The notes under the pieces were generated by a model. It was not told where the DNA came from. It did not search any database and saw only the letters and a program-made list of their open reading frames with translations. A program made the translations under genes and the position numbers. A stretch of DNA of 55,442 nt from a virus (lineage: Duplodnaviria; Caudoviricetes). This document shows positions 26,297 through 35,699 of this stretch, in pieces. How positions within the stretch are numbered: position 1 is the stretch's first letter; every line of letters starts with the position of its first letter. The DNA lies in the IMG/VR virus record IMGVR_UViG_3300035661_000078, positions 1-55,442 of that record; one strand, given 5' to 3'.

Positions 26297-26406
26297 ACAT
26301 GAGCGCATGTACGCATGGGTGTGTGTGCGTACGTGCGTACGCACGTCCATGTGTACGTCTCTCCACGGAGACACACACGCGCACGTCTCTGCGTACGTGC
26401 GTGTGA
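26297..26406. repeat. Alternating purine-pyrimidine degenerate repeat tract; candidate centromere
   Basis: CGCATGTACGCAT..GTGTGTGTGCGTACGTGCGTACGCACGT..ACACACACGCGCACGT..TGCGTACGTGCGTGTG, immediately after the par genes. Confidence 0.65.
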
Positions 26407-26625
26407 TGGTTCATCCACACGGAAAGCAGAGAAGCCCGGCTGGGCTTGCTTTCAGGATTGCTTGACAGACTGACCCCGTAGCCGTAGGCTTGCCATTGCC
26501 TACCCGGTACAGGGCGAGGGCGCCAGTTGGCTCTGGCCCCTCTGTGGCGGCGAGATTCTGCTGACGACAGACCTCCAACCGCGCAGACAGTGTGCCGTCC
26601 AAATCCCCCTTTGACAAGGGAAACC

Positions 26626-27600
26626 ATGAATCTGAAAAATCTCTACGCCTTCCTGGGGGAACCCGACCTGGCGGCGGCCCCCCTTCCGGTTCAAGCCCTG
26701 GTGCTTCGCTGCCGAGCGGGCTACCTGCGCCACGGCTACCTGCCGAACGATCCTCGCGCCGCGGCGGCGCTGGCCCAGGCCCAGGCCTCGGACATGGTTC
26801 GCTGGTGGGACCAGGTGCAAGGCTTCTTCACAGCCATCGGGGAGAGCCTCACCGATTCCACCCTCGAGGCGCTCCTCTTCCAGCAGGAAAAAGCCGATGA
26901 TGCTCGCCGGGCAAATGGAGCCCGGGGTGGTCGTCCCGCGAAACCTGGAAAGAACCTAGACGAAACCGGCCAGGTTCCATCCAGGTTAGCTCCAGGTTTC
27001 GTCCAGGTTTCCGAGCCCCTCGCGCATGATCTGGAACCCGCGCGTGACGCGCGCCCTCGCGCGTACGGAGTAAGTACTTCTAGTACAAAAGAAAAAGCTT
27101 CTTTCAGCCCCCCCTCTGGCGAGGGGGTTCTGGCTGCTGCTGGGGACCGGGTGAAGAAACCACGGAAGTCGCGGGTCATCACGCCAGCCCAGGCCCGGGA
27201 GCTGTCCATCGCGGAGTTCGACTGGACCCATGACCACGAGGCGCAGATGCAAGCCGCCCGGAAGGGCTATCCGAGCAACGCCCTGCGGCGGCACCGGGAT
27301 GGCTCGTCGTCACGCTGCCTGCCAGGCACTCCTGAGCAAACACGAAGGGCCTGGAAGGAGATCCTTCTGGATCACCCGGAGCTGACCCCCCGCATCCTGA
27401 AGACCTGTCTCTTCGTGTATCTGGATCAACAGGAACGCGATCAGGAGCAGAACATCACCTCCGGCATCGTGAACCTGCCGAAGTTCTGGAGTGCTGAGCT
27501 CAAGATGTGGGAGGAGTACGTTCCGGCCGCCCGGGAACGGGTCAATTCAGCTGTGGCCGAGGAAACGGGCGCGCTGCTGGCGGAGGCCCTCCATGGCTGA
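26626..27600 (+). CDS. Replication initiator (YdaU/DUF1376-like N-terminus)
   Basis: G.LPND....A.LA....W..V..FF...R.NG.RGGRP pattern; internal iterons; directly upstream of dnaB. Confidence 0.7.
   Translation: MNLKNLYAFLGEPDLAAAPLPVQALVLRCRAGYLRHGYLPNDPRAAAALAQAQASDMVRWWDQVQGFFTAIGESLTDSTLEALLFQQEKADDARRANGARGGRPAKPGKNLDETGQVPSRLAPGFVQVSEPLAHDLEPARDARPRAYGVSTSSTKEKASFSPPSGEGVLAAAGDRVKKPRKSRVITPAQARELSIAEFDWTHDHEAQMQAARKGYPSNALRRHRDGSSSRCLPGTPEQTRRAWKEILLDHPELTPRILKTCLFVYLDQQERDQEQNITSGIVNLPKFWSAELKMWEEYVPAARERVNSAVAEETGALLAEALHG
26941..27104. promoter_or_regulatory. Putative replication origin: iterons plus AT-rich tract inside the initiator gene
   Basis: CCAGGTT x4 at about 11-bp spacing (26970-27009), preceded by inverted AACCTGG/AACCTAG/AACCGG; AT-rich tract at 27070-27104. 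Confidence 0.7.
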
Positions 27601-28963
27601 GTGGCTGCCTGAACGCTTACCAGAGGATCTGGACGCCGAGCGATCCTTCCTGGCGACCTGCTGCGCCCCGGGCGCCGAGGCCCTGGCCGCGGAGTGCTGC
27701 CTGGACATGACGCCCGAGGTCTTCGTCCATCCGGCCCACCGGGCCGTCTTTGAGGCCCTGCTACACCTCCTGGGGCGAGGGGAGGAGGTCAACTCCCTCA
27801 CCCTGAAGATCGCCCTGGAGAACCAGGGCAAGATGGATCTGGTGGGGGGGTACCCCGGCCTGGTGGAGCTGCTGGCCGGGGAGGACGTGGGACGGCCACA
27901 TCGGCTGGGGGAGCATCTTCGGGAGAAGGCCAGCTTCCGTCGGCTTGTCCACCTGGGCATGGAGCTGGCGCGCCGTGCGGCAGCGGAGGACCTGGCCCCG
28001 GCCGCCCTCGTGGAAGAGGCCTCCCGGGGGCTTACCGCCCTCGTCCAGACACGGAGCAAGGGGAACCTCCAGGAGGTCTACGAGTTCGCAGACGACTGGA
28101 TGGCGGACCTGGTGGCACGGATGGATGGCCGGACCCCCAAGGGGTTGATGACGGGGTTCAGTCGTTTTGACCGGATGACCCAGGGCTTCAAACCTGGGAA
28201 CCTCATTGTCCTGGCGGCCCGGCCCGGCATTGGCAAGACCGCCCTCCTCCTGAATTGGCTGCTATACATGGCGCAGCGGGGGAACCGTTGCGCCGCCTTC
28301 ATCCTGGAAATGTCGAAGGAGGAGGTTCTTGGCCGACTGGTCTCAACGCATGGCCAGATCAACCTGAAGGAAGCCATCGCCAACGGGTACGACCAGGACG
28401 TAGTAGATCGGATTGCCCAGGCCAAGGCCGAGGTGGCGGATCTGCCTATCTTCATCGCGGATCGAGCCACCATCACGGTACGGGAGATCCGTGCCCAGGC
28501 GGAACGGATCATCGCCAAGGAGGGGCGCCTGGACTTCGTGGCCGTGGACTACCTGCAACTGCTGTCCTCCCCGGAGCGGGGTAAGGTCCAGAACGAGGCG
28601 GTCCGGATCGGAGAAATCACCCGTGGCCTGAAGCTGCTAGCGAAGGACCTGGGCCTCCCGGTTCTCCTGCTCTCCCAGATGAACCGGGAGGTGGAGCATC
28701 GCCAGAATGGCCGCCCCCAGCTGTCCGACCTGCGGGATTCCGGTACCATCGAACAGGATGCCGACCTGGTGGCCTTCATTCATCGGCGCATGGTCGCGCT
28801 GCGGGAAGGCGAGGCCGAGGATTCAGCCGCCGAGCTCATCGTGGCCAAGCAGCGGGATGGCCGCCTCGGCAGCATCAATCTGCACTTTGACGGTCCCTCG
28901 TTCCGCTACCGGGAAATGGACCGGACGACCGCAGCGGCCCCTCAGCTCACGCGAAGAGCCTAG
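27593..28963 (+). CDS. dnaB: Replicative DNA helicase
   Basis: LAARPGIGKT, EMS, VDYLQL, LSQMNR and LSDLRDSGTIEQDAD motifs. Confidence 0.95.
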   Translation: MAEWLPERLPEDLDAERSFLATCCAPGAEALAAECCLDMTPEVFVHPAHRAVFEALLHLLGRGEEVNSLTLKIALENQGKMDLVGGYPGLVELLAGEDVGRPHRLGEHLREKASFRRLVHLGMELARRAAAEDLAPAALVEEASRGLTALVQTRSKGNLQEVYEFADDWMADLVARMDGRTPKGLMTGFSRFDRMTQGFKPGNLIVLAARPGIGKTALLLNWLLYMAQRGNRCAAFILEMSKEEVLGRLVSTHGQINLKEAIANGYDQDVVDRIAQAKAEVADLPIFIADRATITVREIRAQAERIIAKEGRLDFVAVDYLQLLSSPERGKVQNEAVRIGEITRGLKLLAKDLGLPVLLLSQMNREVEHRQNGRPQLSDLRDSGTIEQDADLVAFIHRRMVALREGEAEDSAAELIVAKQRDGRLGSINLHFDGPSFRYREMDRTTAAAPQLTRRA

Positions 28964-29217
28964 TCCTGGGTCGCGCCCAGGCTGGTCGGCCGGTAGAGGT
29001 TGGGGAACACCGATACGGCGTTTCCCAGCCTCTCCAGGCAGGCGCGGCAACGTGCCTCCATCAACGGGGGGCGCATCATGGGTGGTCGTTCAGGGATGAA
29101 TCCACAGAGGGCCCCGTCCTCACCCATCACCCGAGCATGCGCCTTCTCCCAGCCCTCATCCCAATGCCAGGTCACTCGGGCAGGCTGCACTCCTCGAGGT
29201 CCAATCGCGCTTGCCAT
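28960..29217 (-). CDS. Hypothetical protein (H..LCG..CxxC)
   Basis: RBS GGAGG before MASAIG. Confidence 0.5.
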   Translation of the reverse strand: MASAIGPRGVQPARVTWHWDEGWEKAHARVMGEDGALCGFIPERPPMMRPPLMEARCRACLERLGNAVSVFPNLYRPTSLGATQD

Positions 29218-29486
29218 GGTTCCTCCGGAACGGGTGGTCCATTGTATTCCTGCTCCAGCCGGCAGCGCACGCACTCCAGCCTTGCGGAAAGCACTTCCTC
29301 GCCTACGGGGAAAGCCAGGAGCACCTCCAGGCCCGCCCGTTCCGTGACGGTCTTCGTGTTCAGGGGCTTGCCCTCTTGGATCAAGGCCTTCGCGGCGATC
29401 AGGGCTGCCTTCGCCTGCTGATGGGGAAGAAGGTGGATGGGAAACTTCAGGATCTGGATCCGATCCGCAGGCCCCGGGGAAGACAT
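29172..29486 (-). CDS. Hypothetical protein (start uncertain)
   Basis: GC-rich coding-like part of ORF 29172-29609; the upstream part is AT-richer and promoter-like. Confidence 0.45.
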   Translation of the reverse strand: MSSPGPADRIQILKFPIHLLPHQQAKAALIAAKALIQEGKPLNTKTVTERAGLEVLLAFPVGEEVLSARLECVRCRLEQEYNGPPVPEEPWQARLDLEECSLPE

Positions 29487-29726
29487 AACCAAGGTCACTA
29501 GAGTTTTAACGAGGTGGTCAATTGACCCATGCGCAAAAAAACAGTTCACGGGGGTGATGGTGTTCCCAACCAGCGCAAGCAAGATCCCTCCAGGCATTAC
29601 GATTTTCAAAGCTAATCATACACATGCACCCAATGGTAGATTGAAAAACTGGATGTGATGAACCGCACTTGTTCGGGGAAGGATCACCCCGTTCGGAGGT
29701 GACCCTTCCCGTTGGCCCACCCATTG

Positions 29727-31067
29727 CTACCGTTCGGCCAGCGCCAATCGGTTCAGCCGGTCGCGTCCATCGGAAGCCAGTTTCCAGGCGAAGGCGAAGG
29801 CGTTTTCTTCCGTGGCCTTGCACATGAACTCCCAGGCCTTGGTCTGGATCTCCATGTTCCGGCGCGGGTTCTTCTCGCTCTTGCCGAGCTCTGTGATGGC
29901 GTTCGACCAATGCCACACGCTGTCCTGGCGATACTTCTCCAGCTTGAAGGCTCGGAAGTTATTGCGCTCACCCATGGTCATGCCCGCCCAGGCGCCGATC
30001 CCCTGGATGAGCTCCTCCTCGTTGAATCCCATGGTGATCTCCTGGGCCCGCTCGATGCGCCCAAAGGCGTTCTCCGCCGTGCTGAACATCCCGTCCTCGT
30101 CCGGAACCATGTCCAGCACTTTCGCCGGGAGGTGGGCCATGGCCAGCGCCTCTTCTGCGATGCGCCGGCCGCGGTGGACCATCTTCGTGGAAACGATGCT
30201 CTGCATCGGCAGGAGCAAGCCGTTGAGGCAAGCCAGGCGAAGGATCTCGACGGACCACCGCAGGCTGCCGCCCCCGTCCTCGCTGTTGCTGCCGGTGAGG
30301 GCAACCATCAGGCGGTCGCCGCCCACCATCCGGGCGCTCTCCCGGTGCACCAGGCTCCAGCTCGAGAAGCTCGGGTCCGCGAAGTGCAGGTTCCTGGCTC
30401 CCCAGGCGTCGGGATCCAGGGTGGAGAGCATGGGGCCGAGGATGATGCGGTTGTCCATTCGGAGATAGCTGGGCGACAGGGCCGCGAAGACGCCGCCCTC
30501 CGTGGCCCGGAAGAGGGTCTCCTCGGGGCCCTGCCTCGCGGCCTTGTCGAAGATCCGGGCCAGTTCTTCCGTGGCGCCAATGCCCCGCAGCTTCTCGGGC
30601 AGGGCAGAGGGCAGACCGAACCGGCTGGCCAGTTGACGCTCCGCCTTGCTGAAGGGGTCCAGGATGAGGGTCTTGTCCCGCATCGTGCGGCCGTCATGCA
30701 CCAGGAGCTGACCGCGGTCATCCAGTTCAAAATGCGGGTTGATGAAGATGCTGTCCTCGTAGGGCCGCCAGGTCTCGCTCTCCTCTTGGAGCTTGGTGAT
30801 GGGCTTCAGCTTGCGCAGCCACTCCCGGAAGGCGCCCTCCGTTTCTGGAGGGGCATCGCCTGGGCCATTGACCTGGTGCTGATGGACCCGCGTGTCCAAG
30901 GTCGAGGTTTGGGGTGCCTCTTCCCTTGCGCACACCTGGACGCGGGCCTCGGGGTTCAGGGAGACGGAGCGGGGCTCGCCCAGGATCACGTTCTCGGGCG
31001 GGTCGGCCATGGCTACCACTGGCTTGGGGTTCTCGTTGCGGCGGATCAGGTTGGAAAAGGTGTGCAT
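29727..31067 (-). CDS. DUF932-family protein
   Basis: LS..Y...DN, SNSEDG.GS and RLACLNGL motifs; RBS AAGGAG. Confidence 0.7.
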   Translation of the reverse strand: MHTFSNLIRRNENPKPVVAMADPPENVILGEPRSVSLNPEARVQVCAREEAPQTSTLDTRVHQHQVNGPGDAPPETEGAFREWLRKLKPITKLQEESETWRPYEDSIFINPHFELDDRGQLLVHDGRTMRDKTLILDPFSKAERQLASRFGLPSALPEKLRGIGATEELARIFDKAARQGPEETLFRATEGGVFAALSPSYLRMDNRIILGPMLSTLDPDAWGARNLHFADPSFSSWSLVHRESARMVGGDRLMVALTGSNSEDGGGSLRWSVEILRLACLNGLLLPMQSIVSTKMVHRGRRIAEEALAMAHLPAKVLDMVPDEDGMFSTAENAFGRIERAQEITMGFNEEELIQGIGAWAGMTMGERNNFRAFKLEKYRQDSVWHWSNAITELGKSEKNPRRNMEIQTKAWEFMCKATEENAFAFAWKLASDGRDRLNRLALAER

Positions 31068-31096
31068 GGTGTCTCCTTGCAGGGTGGTGTGGATGC

Positions 31097-31561
31097 TTAG
31101 TTGAACTCTTCAGGGAAAAGGGCGAAGCTGGCCATGACCTTGCGGTCGTGGGCTTCGAGAATCCAGGCGAGGTGTTTCGTGATTTCATCCGAGGACATGC
31201 AGCTGGCCATGGCGCCGCCCGTGTGGCGGCCTGCCTCGCCGGCAACATGGGACTCGTAGATGTGGATGGCGCTCTCGTCAACCTCCACCATGAGGCCGGG
31301 GTATCCCCGCTGATCGACCGCGCACATCCAGGGCGAGGGGAGCTTCTCCCGCTCCACCAGGTCGCCCCGCAGGGTGTGGACCCCCACGGGAAGATTCAGC
31401 CTGGCCAGGTGGCGCAGCAGCTTCTCGGGCACGTTCTTCCCGCAGGTCGTGACAGGCTTCTCTCCGGCCTTCCAGGCGATGGGCACGAAAGGTTCTGGCT
31501 CTGGCTCATCCTCACATTCGAGGCCACAGACCTCTTCCTCTGGGGGCTCAATCGTGGTCAT
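31097..31561 (-). CDS. Hypothetical protein
   Basis: ATGA coupling; RBS GGAGG. Confidence 0.6.
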   Translation of the reverse strand: MTTIEPPEEEVCGLECEDEPEPEPFVPIAWKAGEKPVTTCGKNVPEKLLRHLARLNLPVGVHTLRGDLVEREKLPSPWMCAVDQRGYPGLMVEVDESAIHIYESHVAGEAGRHTGGAMASCMSSDEITKHLAWILEAHDRKVMASFALFPEEFN

Positions 31562-31983
31562 GGCGCCTCCACCACTTCGATAAGCACGTCTACGTCCGAC
31601 CACTCGTAGGTGTCCCCCGTGAATCCGTTGTCCCAATCCACCATGAAGTCAGCCTCGGGGCCAAGACCCATCGCCTTGACGGTACCCTCGACTCCTTTGG
31701 GAACATTAAGGGTTCCAGGCGCGAGACGGCGGAGTCGGACGCCTTGGTCCATGTGGGGATCAGGGGTGGCCTCGGGCTGTTCTTTCTTCTCTTCGGCATG
31801 GTGGGCATAGCCTCGGCGCAAGGCTTCCTCGAAGTCCACGCCCAGGGCGTCGGCTCCGTGCATGAGGTCCGCCAGATAGTCGCCCAGGGTTGTCTCGAAG
31901 TCTTCTTCGGGATCGTCGTGGGTCTTGCGATAGGCCTCGATGAGGGCCTTTCCATCTTCGGTGTGGATCGCCAACTCGCTCAT
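31558..31983 (-). CDS. Hypothetical two-domain protein; C-terminus DUF4314-like
   Basis: DYLADLMH...DFEEAL helical domain plus VPKG.EGTV.....VDWDNG. Confidence 0.6.
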   Translation of the reverse strand: MSELAIHTEDGKALIEAYRKTHDDPEEDFETTLGDYLADLMHGADALGVDFEEALRRGYAHHAEEKKEQPEATPDPHMDQGVRLRRLAPGTLNVPKGVEGTVKAMGLGPEADFMVDWDNGFTGDTYEWSDVDVLIEVVEAP

Positions 31984-32252
31984 TCGTTCTCCGCTTTGGG
32001 AAGGGCGCCCTTGATGAACTGGTGCACCGGATAGAGTCTCGGCTCGAAATCGGACAACCGGCAGACCAGGACGCTCATGCTGTTCCAGCGCAGGGCCAGG
32101 AGGTCCTCTGCATGCAGGTCGGTGCCCTCACCAGGGCGATCTACCGCTTCGGAATAGGAATACTGCGCGGGATTGTCCTGAAAGGCCAGGGCGGCCCGTT
32201 TGGCGAAATCCGTCAGGTCTTGCTCTTCGGCAATGCGGACGATGCGCTTCAT
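31980..32252 (-). CDS. Hypothetical protein
   Basis: RBS AAGGAG. Confidence 0.6.
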   Translation of the reverse strand: MKRIVRIAEEQDLTDFAKRAALAFQDNPAQYSYSEAVDRPGEGTDLHAEDLLALRWNSMSVLVCRLSDFEPRLYPVHQFIKGALPKAENE

Positions 32253-32263
32253 GCGTTCTCCTT

Positions 32264-32287
32264 AAAAACGGGCCCCCGAAGGGGCCC
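32264..32287 (-). terminator. Rho-independent terminator
   Basis: GGGCCCC-TTCG-GGGGCCC-GTTTTT on the minus strand. Confidence 0.75.
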
Positions 32288-32403
32288 ATGATTCACGGTG
32301 TTCAGCCCTTACCTCCAGAGCCATTCCCAGAGGGCCCGGACTTCGATGTAGAAGATCCGGGGAAGGAGGTGTTTCCTGCGACGCTCTTGCATGCTGGCCT
32401 CCC

Positions 32404-32847
32404 TCAGAACGGGATGTCGTCGTCGAGGAAGGAACTAGTGCTGGCCGCGGGGAGCATGCCGTCCTGGTCGTCGGCAGGGTGGCCGTACTGGCGCTGGGCG
32501 CCCTCGCCTTCGGGCTTCCGGTCCAGCATCACGAAGTTGTCGCATCGAATGTCGCAGGCGGTCTTCTTCACGCCAGCCTTGTCGGTGTATTCGCGGTACT
32601 GGATGCGACCTTCGACGTGAACGAGGCTGCCCTTGTGGAGGTAATTCCCGGCCACCTCGGCCTGCTTGCCCCAGACCACGACGTTGTGCCATTCGGTCTT
32701 GGTCTGCTTCTCGCCTTTCTGATCCTTCCAGCTCTCCGTGGTGGCTACGGAAAAGCGGCACACGGTCTGCCCGCTGGGTGTTGACTTTACTTCGGGTATT
32801 CGCCCGAGGTTGCCAATGAGAAGGACCTTGTTCAAACTGCCGGCCAT
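32404..32847 (-). CDS. ssb: Single-stranded DNA-binding protein
   Basis: SLNKVLLIGNLG...TEWHNVVVWGK; acidic tail DDDIPF. Confidence 0.97.
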   Translation of the reverse strand: MAGSLNKVLLIGNLGRIPEVKSTPSGQTVCRFSVATTESWKDQKGEKQTKTEWHNVVVWGKQAEVAGNYLHKGSLVHVEGRIQYREYTDKAGVKKTACDIRCDNFVMLDRKPEGEGAQRQYGHPADDQDGMLPAASTSSFLDDDIPF

Positions 32848-32886
32848 GATGGCCTCCCTGGTTGCCCCTCCGCCTGGAGGGGGGGG

Positions 32887-33165
32887 TTAAAGGGTGACGG
32901 TGGTTCCCGTCCCCCGAAGAGACACGACTTCCAGGGCGCGATCCAGGGCCTCCCGGTCGTCCTCGTTCAGTTCCTCGATCCGGGCCTTCAAGATCTTCAC
33001 CTTAGGGAGGATCCAGTCCCCCCCGCGGACGTTGCGGATCCGCACGAAGTCCGGGGTCGTCTCGAGGGGCTGGATTGGGGATTCCTCCGCTGGGTAGGTG
33101 GCGATAACCGGGCGATCCTGGTCCTCGATCCAGAGCCTGATTTTCTTGAAATGCTTCGTGCTCAT
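32887..33165 (-). CDS. Hypothetical protein
   Basis: ATGA-coupled ORF in the operon. Confidence 0.55.
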   Translation of the reverse strand: MSTKHFKKIRLWIEDQDRPVIATYPAEESPIQPLETTPDFVRIRNVRGGDWILPKVKILKARIEELNEDDREALDRALEVVSLRGTGTTVTL

Positions 33166-33473
33166 AGAAGTTCTCCGAGTTTCCGGAGCTGTTTCTGCTG
33201 CTTCGCTTCCGCTTTCTGGCGCTCTCGCCTCTGAGCTTCATCAATTCGGGCCCAGATGCGTTCCATTTCGGGTCTCAGGAAGCGTGCAGTTTCTGCGTCC
33301 ATGCACTCTATGCGCCCACAGGTGGTTCGCGGGCGGTTGGTTGGCTGGATCACATGCTCCGGATCTTCGGGCCTGCGGAAGGTCAAGAAGATCCGGTTGC
33401 AGACCGGGCAGACGCCCTTCGCATCTCTCACCATTCCGAAGTTTTTATCCCTCGGGGGATTCGGTTCGCTCAT
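33162..33473 (-). CDS. Zn-binding hypothetical protein
   Basis: CPVC...TCG..EC motifs; RBS GAGGA. Confidence 0.6.
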   Translation of the reverse strand: MSEPNPPRDKNFGMVRDAKGVCPVCNRIFLTFRRPEDPEHVIQPTNRPRTTCGRIECMDAETARFLRPEMERIWARIDEAQRRERQKAEAKQQKQLRKLGELL

Positions 33474-33882
33474 GGGAATGTCCTCGTGTGGTTGGTTCGA
33501 TCTCCTGGCGATGCGCCCGGAAGAGGGTTGGGATTGGAACCTGCGGCTTGTCGGAAGGCAAGATCAGCTGGAAGGCACGGGCCGCCAGGGTGTGCCGGTC
33601 GAAAGACGTGGTGGCCCCCCGCGGGGTCCAGGCATGGCTCTCGTACTCGCCACGAACCATGACGACCGCCCCTTCCCATGCTTTCGAGAAGAAGCGGTCG
33701 GCAGGGCTCACCTCGACTTCATGGAAGTCGTATCCCGGCTGGAAACCCTTGGGGGTAGCCACCACCTTGCGCGTGACCAGCCTGAACCAGGCCGTGGCGC
33801 TGCCGTCGGACCATTGAATCCGTTGGCATCGCGCCACTTTGCCGATGAGCGTGACCTGGTTCAGGCTGGGCCAATCCTTCAT
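33445..33882 (-). CDS. Divergent SSB/OB-fold protein lacking the acidic tail
   Basis: SLNQVTLIGKV...F.L.T...FH.V.V...G..V.V.G. Confidence 0.7.
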   Translation of the reverse strand: MKDWPSLNQVTLIGKVARCQRIQWSDGSATAWFRLVTRKVVATPKGFQPGYDFHEVEVSPADRFFSKAWEGAVVMVRGEYESHAWTPRGATTSFDRHTLAARAFQLILPSDKPQVPIPTLFRAHRQEIEPTTRGHSHERTESPEG

Positions 33883-33883
33883 G

Positions 33884-34537
33884 CTAGGCCCGGTTCACGA
33901 TGGCCATCATGGCCGCGATGAGGAGTTCCGCGCGCTTGGCGGGATCCTTCTCCTGCTCGGCCGTGGCGCTCTCGATGTTGCCGAGGTGCTCCCGGGCCGT
34001 GGGCTCGTCCATGGTCGTCAGGAGTTTGGCGAAGGCCTTCTCCTTGGCTTCCTTGTAGCGTTCCTTGGCGGCAGCCAGGGCCGACGGCGGAGGCAGAGGA
34101 ATCGCGGGCCTTACCTGCTGCCCGGATCCGCCCTTCGCGGCATTGCCCACGGCGCTGTTGCCATCGTCGTCCTCCTGGGCAACGCCCGTCAGGGCGGCCA
34201 GGGCGTAGCGGCGGCAGTAGGTGATGGCCGAGCCTACTCCCTGGGCGTCATGCTTGCTCACGGGCGCGGAACAGTCGGAGGCCATCCACTCTCCGCTCTT
34301 GTGGGAGAGAAGTGTCGTCACCGTGACCACCCCGTTGTCCAGCTGCGGGTGCTGGGTGATGGCGATGCCGTGCTTCGAGAAGACCGGCCGAACCGTGTTG
34401 AGCACTTCTGCCAGATCGGCGTACTTGGACTTGAAGGCCGGGTTCACCGAGCCCTTCGTGGCGTTCTCCACTTCGGCCTGGGCGAGCGCGATGGCCTCGC
34501 TGAGTGCGGCGATGCTTTCGGTGTGCTGGAGCATCAT
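33884..34537 (-). CDS. erf: ERF-family single-strand annealing protein
   Basis: NPAFKSKYADL...HKSGEW...QGVGSAITYCRRYAL..EDDDGN. Confidence 0.92.
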   Translation of the reverse strand: MMLQHTESIAALSEAIALAQAEVENATKGSVNPAFKSKYADLAEVLNTVRPVFSKHGIAITQHPQLDNGVVTVTTLLSHKSGEWMASDCSAPVSKHDAQGVGSAITYCRRYALAALTGVAQEDDDGNSAVGNAAKGGSGQQVRPAIPLPPPSALAAAKERYKEAKEKAFAKLLTTMDEPTAREHLGNIESATAEQEKDPAKRAELLIAAMMAIVNRA

Positions 34538-35556
34538 GCCTCCTTTTTCTTGGATGGGATCCAGCGCGAATAGCCGGACCCATAGGTGATGAAGTTCGGC
34601 TCCAGGGAGCGGACCTCGGGGTTGAGTTCGGGATGCTTGAGGACGATGGCGTTCAACAGGCCTTCGTTGTCCACCTTCATCGCCCCGGCGGTGAACGACC
34701 GGGACACGGCGTTGCCGCCGCCCAGGAACTTCTTGGCATCGGGATAGAGGGCCACCAGTTGGTCCTCGATCTCCTTCCTCTGGGCCTTGTAGGCCTTGGC
34801 CTGCTCCTCGTGTTCGTCGGCCAGGCGCTTCTTTTCGAACCAGGCGCTCACCAGTTGGTCATCACTCACGCTCTGGGTGAGCTCCGGCTTGGGGCTGGGC
34901 ATCTGCTCGGGCAGCGGCGCCCCGAAGAGGATGTGGTTCTCATACCAGACGTGATAACGCTGGGCGTGAGCTTCGAGGTCCTCCACCGCGAAGGAGAAGG
35001 GATAGGTCTCGATGGCGCCCAGGCCCTCCAGGCTGAGGGGCTGGCCCAGGGCGGCCCGGACCAGGATCTCCTCCTGGGCCTCCTCGGGCACATGAAGGTG
35101 AGCGATGAAGCCCTTGCTGGCTTCTCCCAGCACGGCCTGATGCTTCACCTGGAGGAGCACCCGGGCCGGGATCTCCCGCCAGTTGTTCATGGAGGTCTTG
35201 ATCTCCAGAATCAGGCGGTCTTCGCCCTGAAGGAAGAGCCCATCCGGCGTAGCCGCCAGGTGACGGGCGTCGTCGCAGTAGATCCGTTCGCCCTGGCTCT
35301 CCCAGGCCTGCACGTCGTATTTCCGGGCGAACTCCGCCCGGATGAGCGGCTCCAGGAGGTTGCCGATGGCCATGGCCCGGTTGCCCGGCTTTCTGGGCAG
35401 GAGGCCCTTCTTGTCAAGCAGAACCTCGTGGGCGCTGGCGAAGGACGACAGGCCCTCGATGGCCACGACGTCCGTAGCGGTGATGTACTGGCGCCGAACG
35501 GCCAGCCAGGCCTCCCGGTTGTTGGGGATGAAGCTGTGGATCATGGTGTTCCTCAT
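34534..35556 (-). CDS. YqaJ-like viral recombination exonuclease
   Basis: WL..RR..ITATD..G..LEP...ATPDG...LEIKT...Q..HQ. Confidence 0.9.
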   Translation of the reverse strand: MRNTMIHSFIPNNREAWLAVRRQYITATDVVAIEGLSSFASAHEVLLDKKGLLPRKPGNRAMAIGNLLEPLIRAEFARKYDVQAWESQGERIYCDDARHLAATPDGLFLQGEDRLILEIKTSMNNWREIPARVLLQVKHQAVLGEASKGFIAHLHVPEEAQEEILVRAALGQPLSLEGLGAIETYPFSFAVEDLEAHAQRYHVWYENHILFGAPLPEQMPSPKPELTQSVSDDQLVSAWFEKKRLADEHEEQAKAYKAQRKEIEDQLVALYPDAKKFLGGGNAVSRSFTAGAMKVDNEGLLNAIVLKHPELNPEVRSLEPNFITYGSGYSRWIPSKKKEA

Positions 35557-35699
35557 GGGGTGGGGCCGACGAGGCCCAAGTAGAAGGCAGAGGCGGCCAG
35601 AAGCCCCAGCGCCAGCCCCAGAAGGGGCCGACGCTTGAGGGTTCCAGCAAGGAAAAACACCACGGCAATCGTGGTCATGACGAGGTAGGGCGGCATCAT
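35553..35699 (-). CDS. Small membrane protein
   Basis: Two hydrophobic segments; ATGA-coupled at both ends. Confidence 0.55.
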   Translation of the reverse strand: MMPPYLVMTTIAVVFFLAGTLKRRPLLGLALGLLAASAFYLGLVGPTP

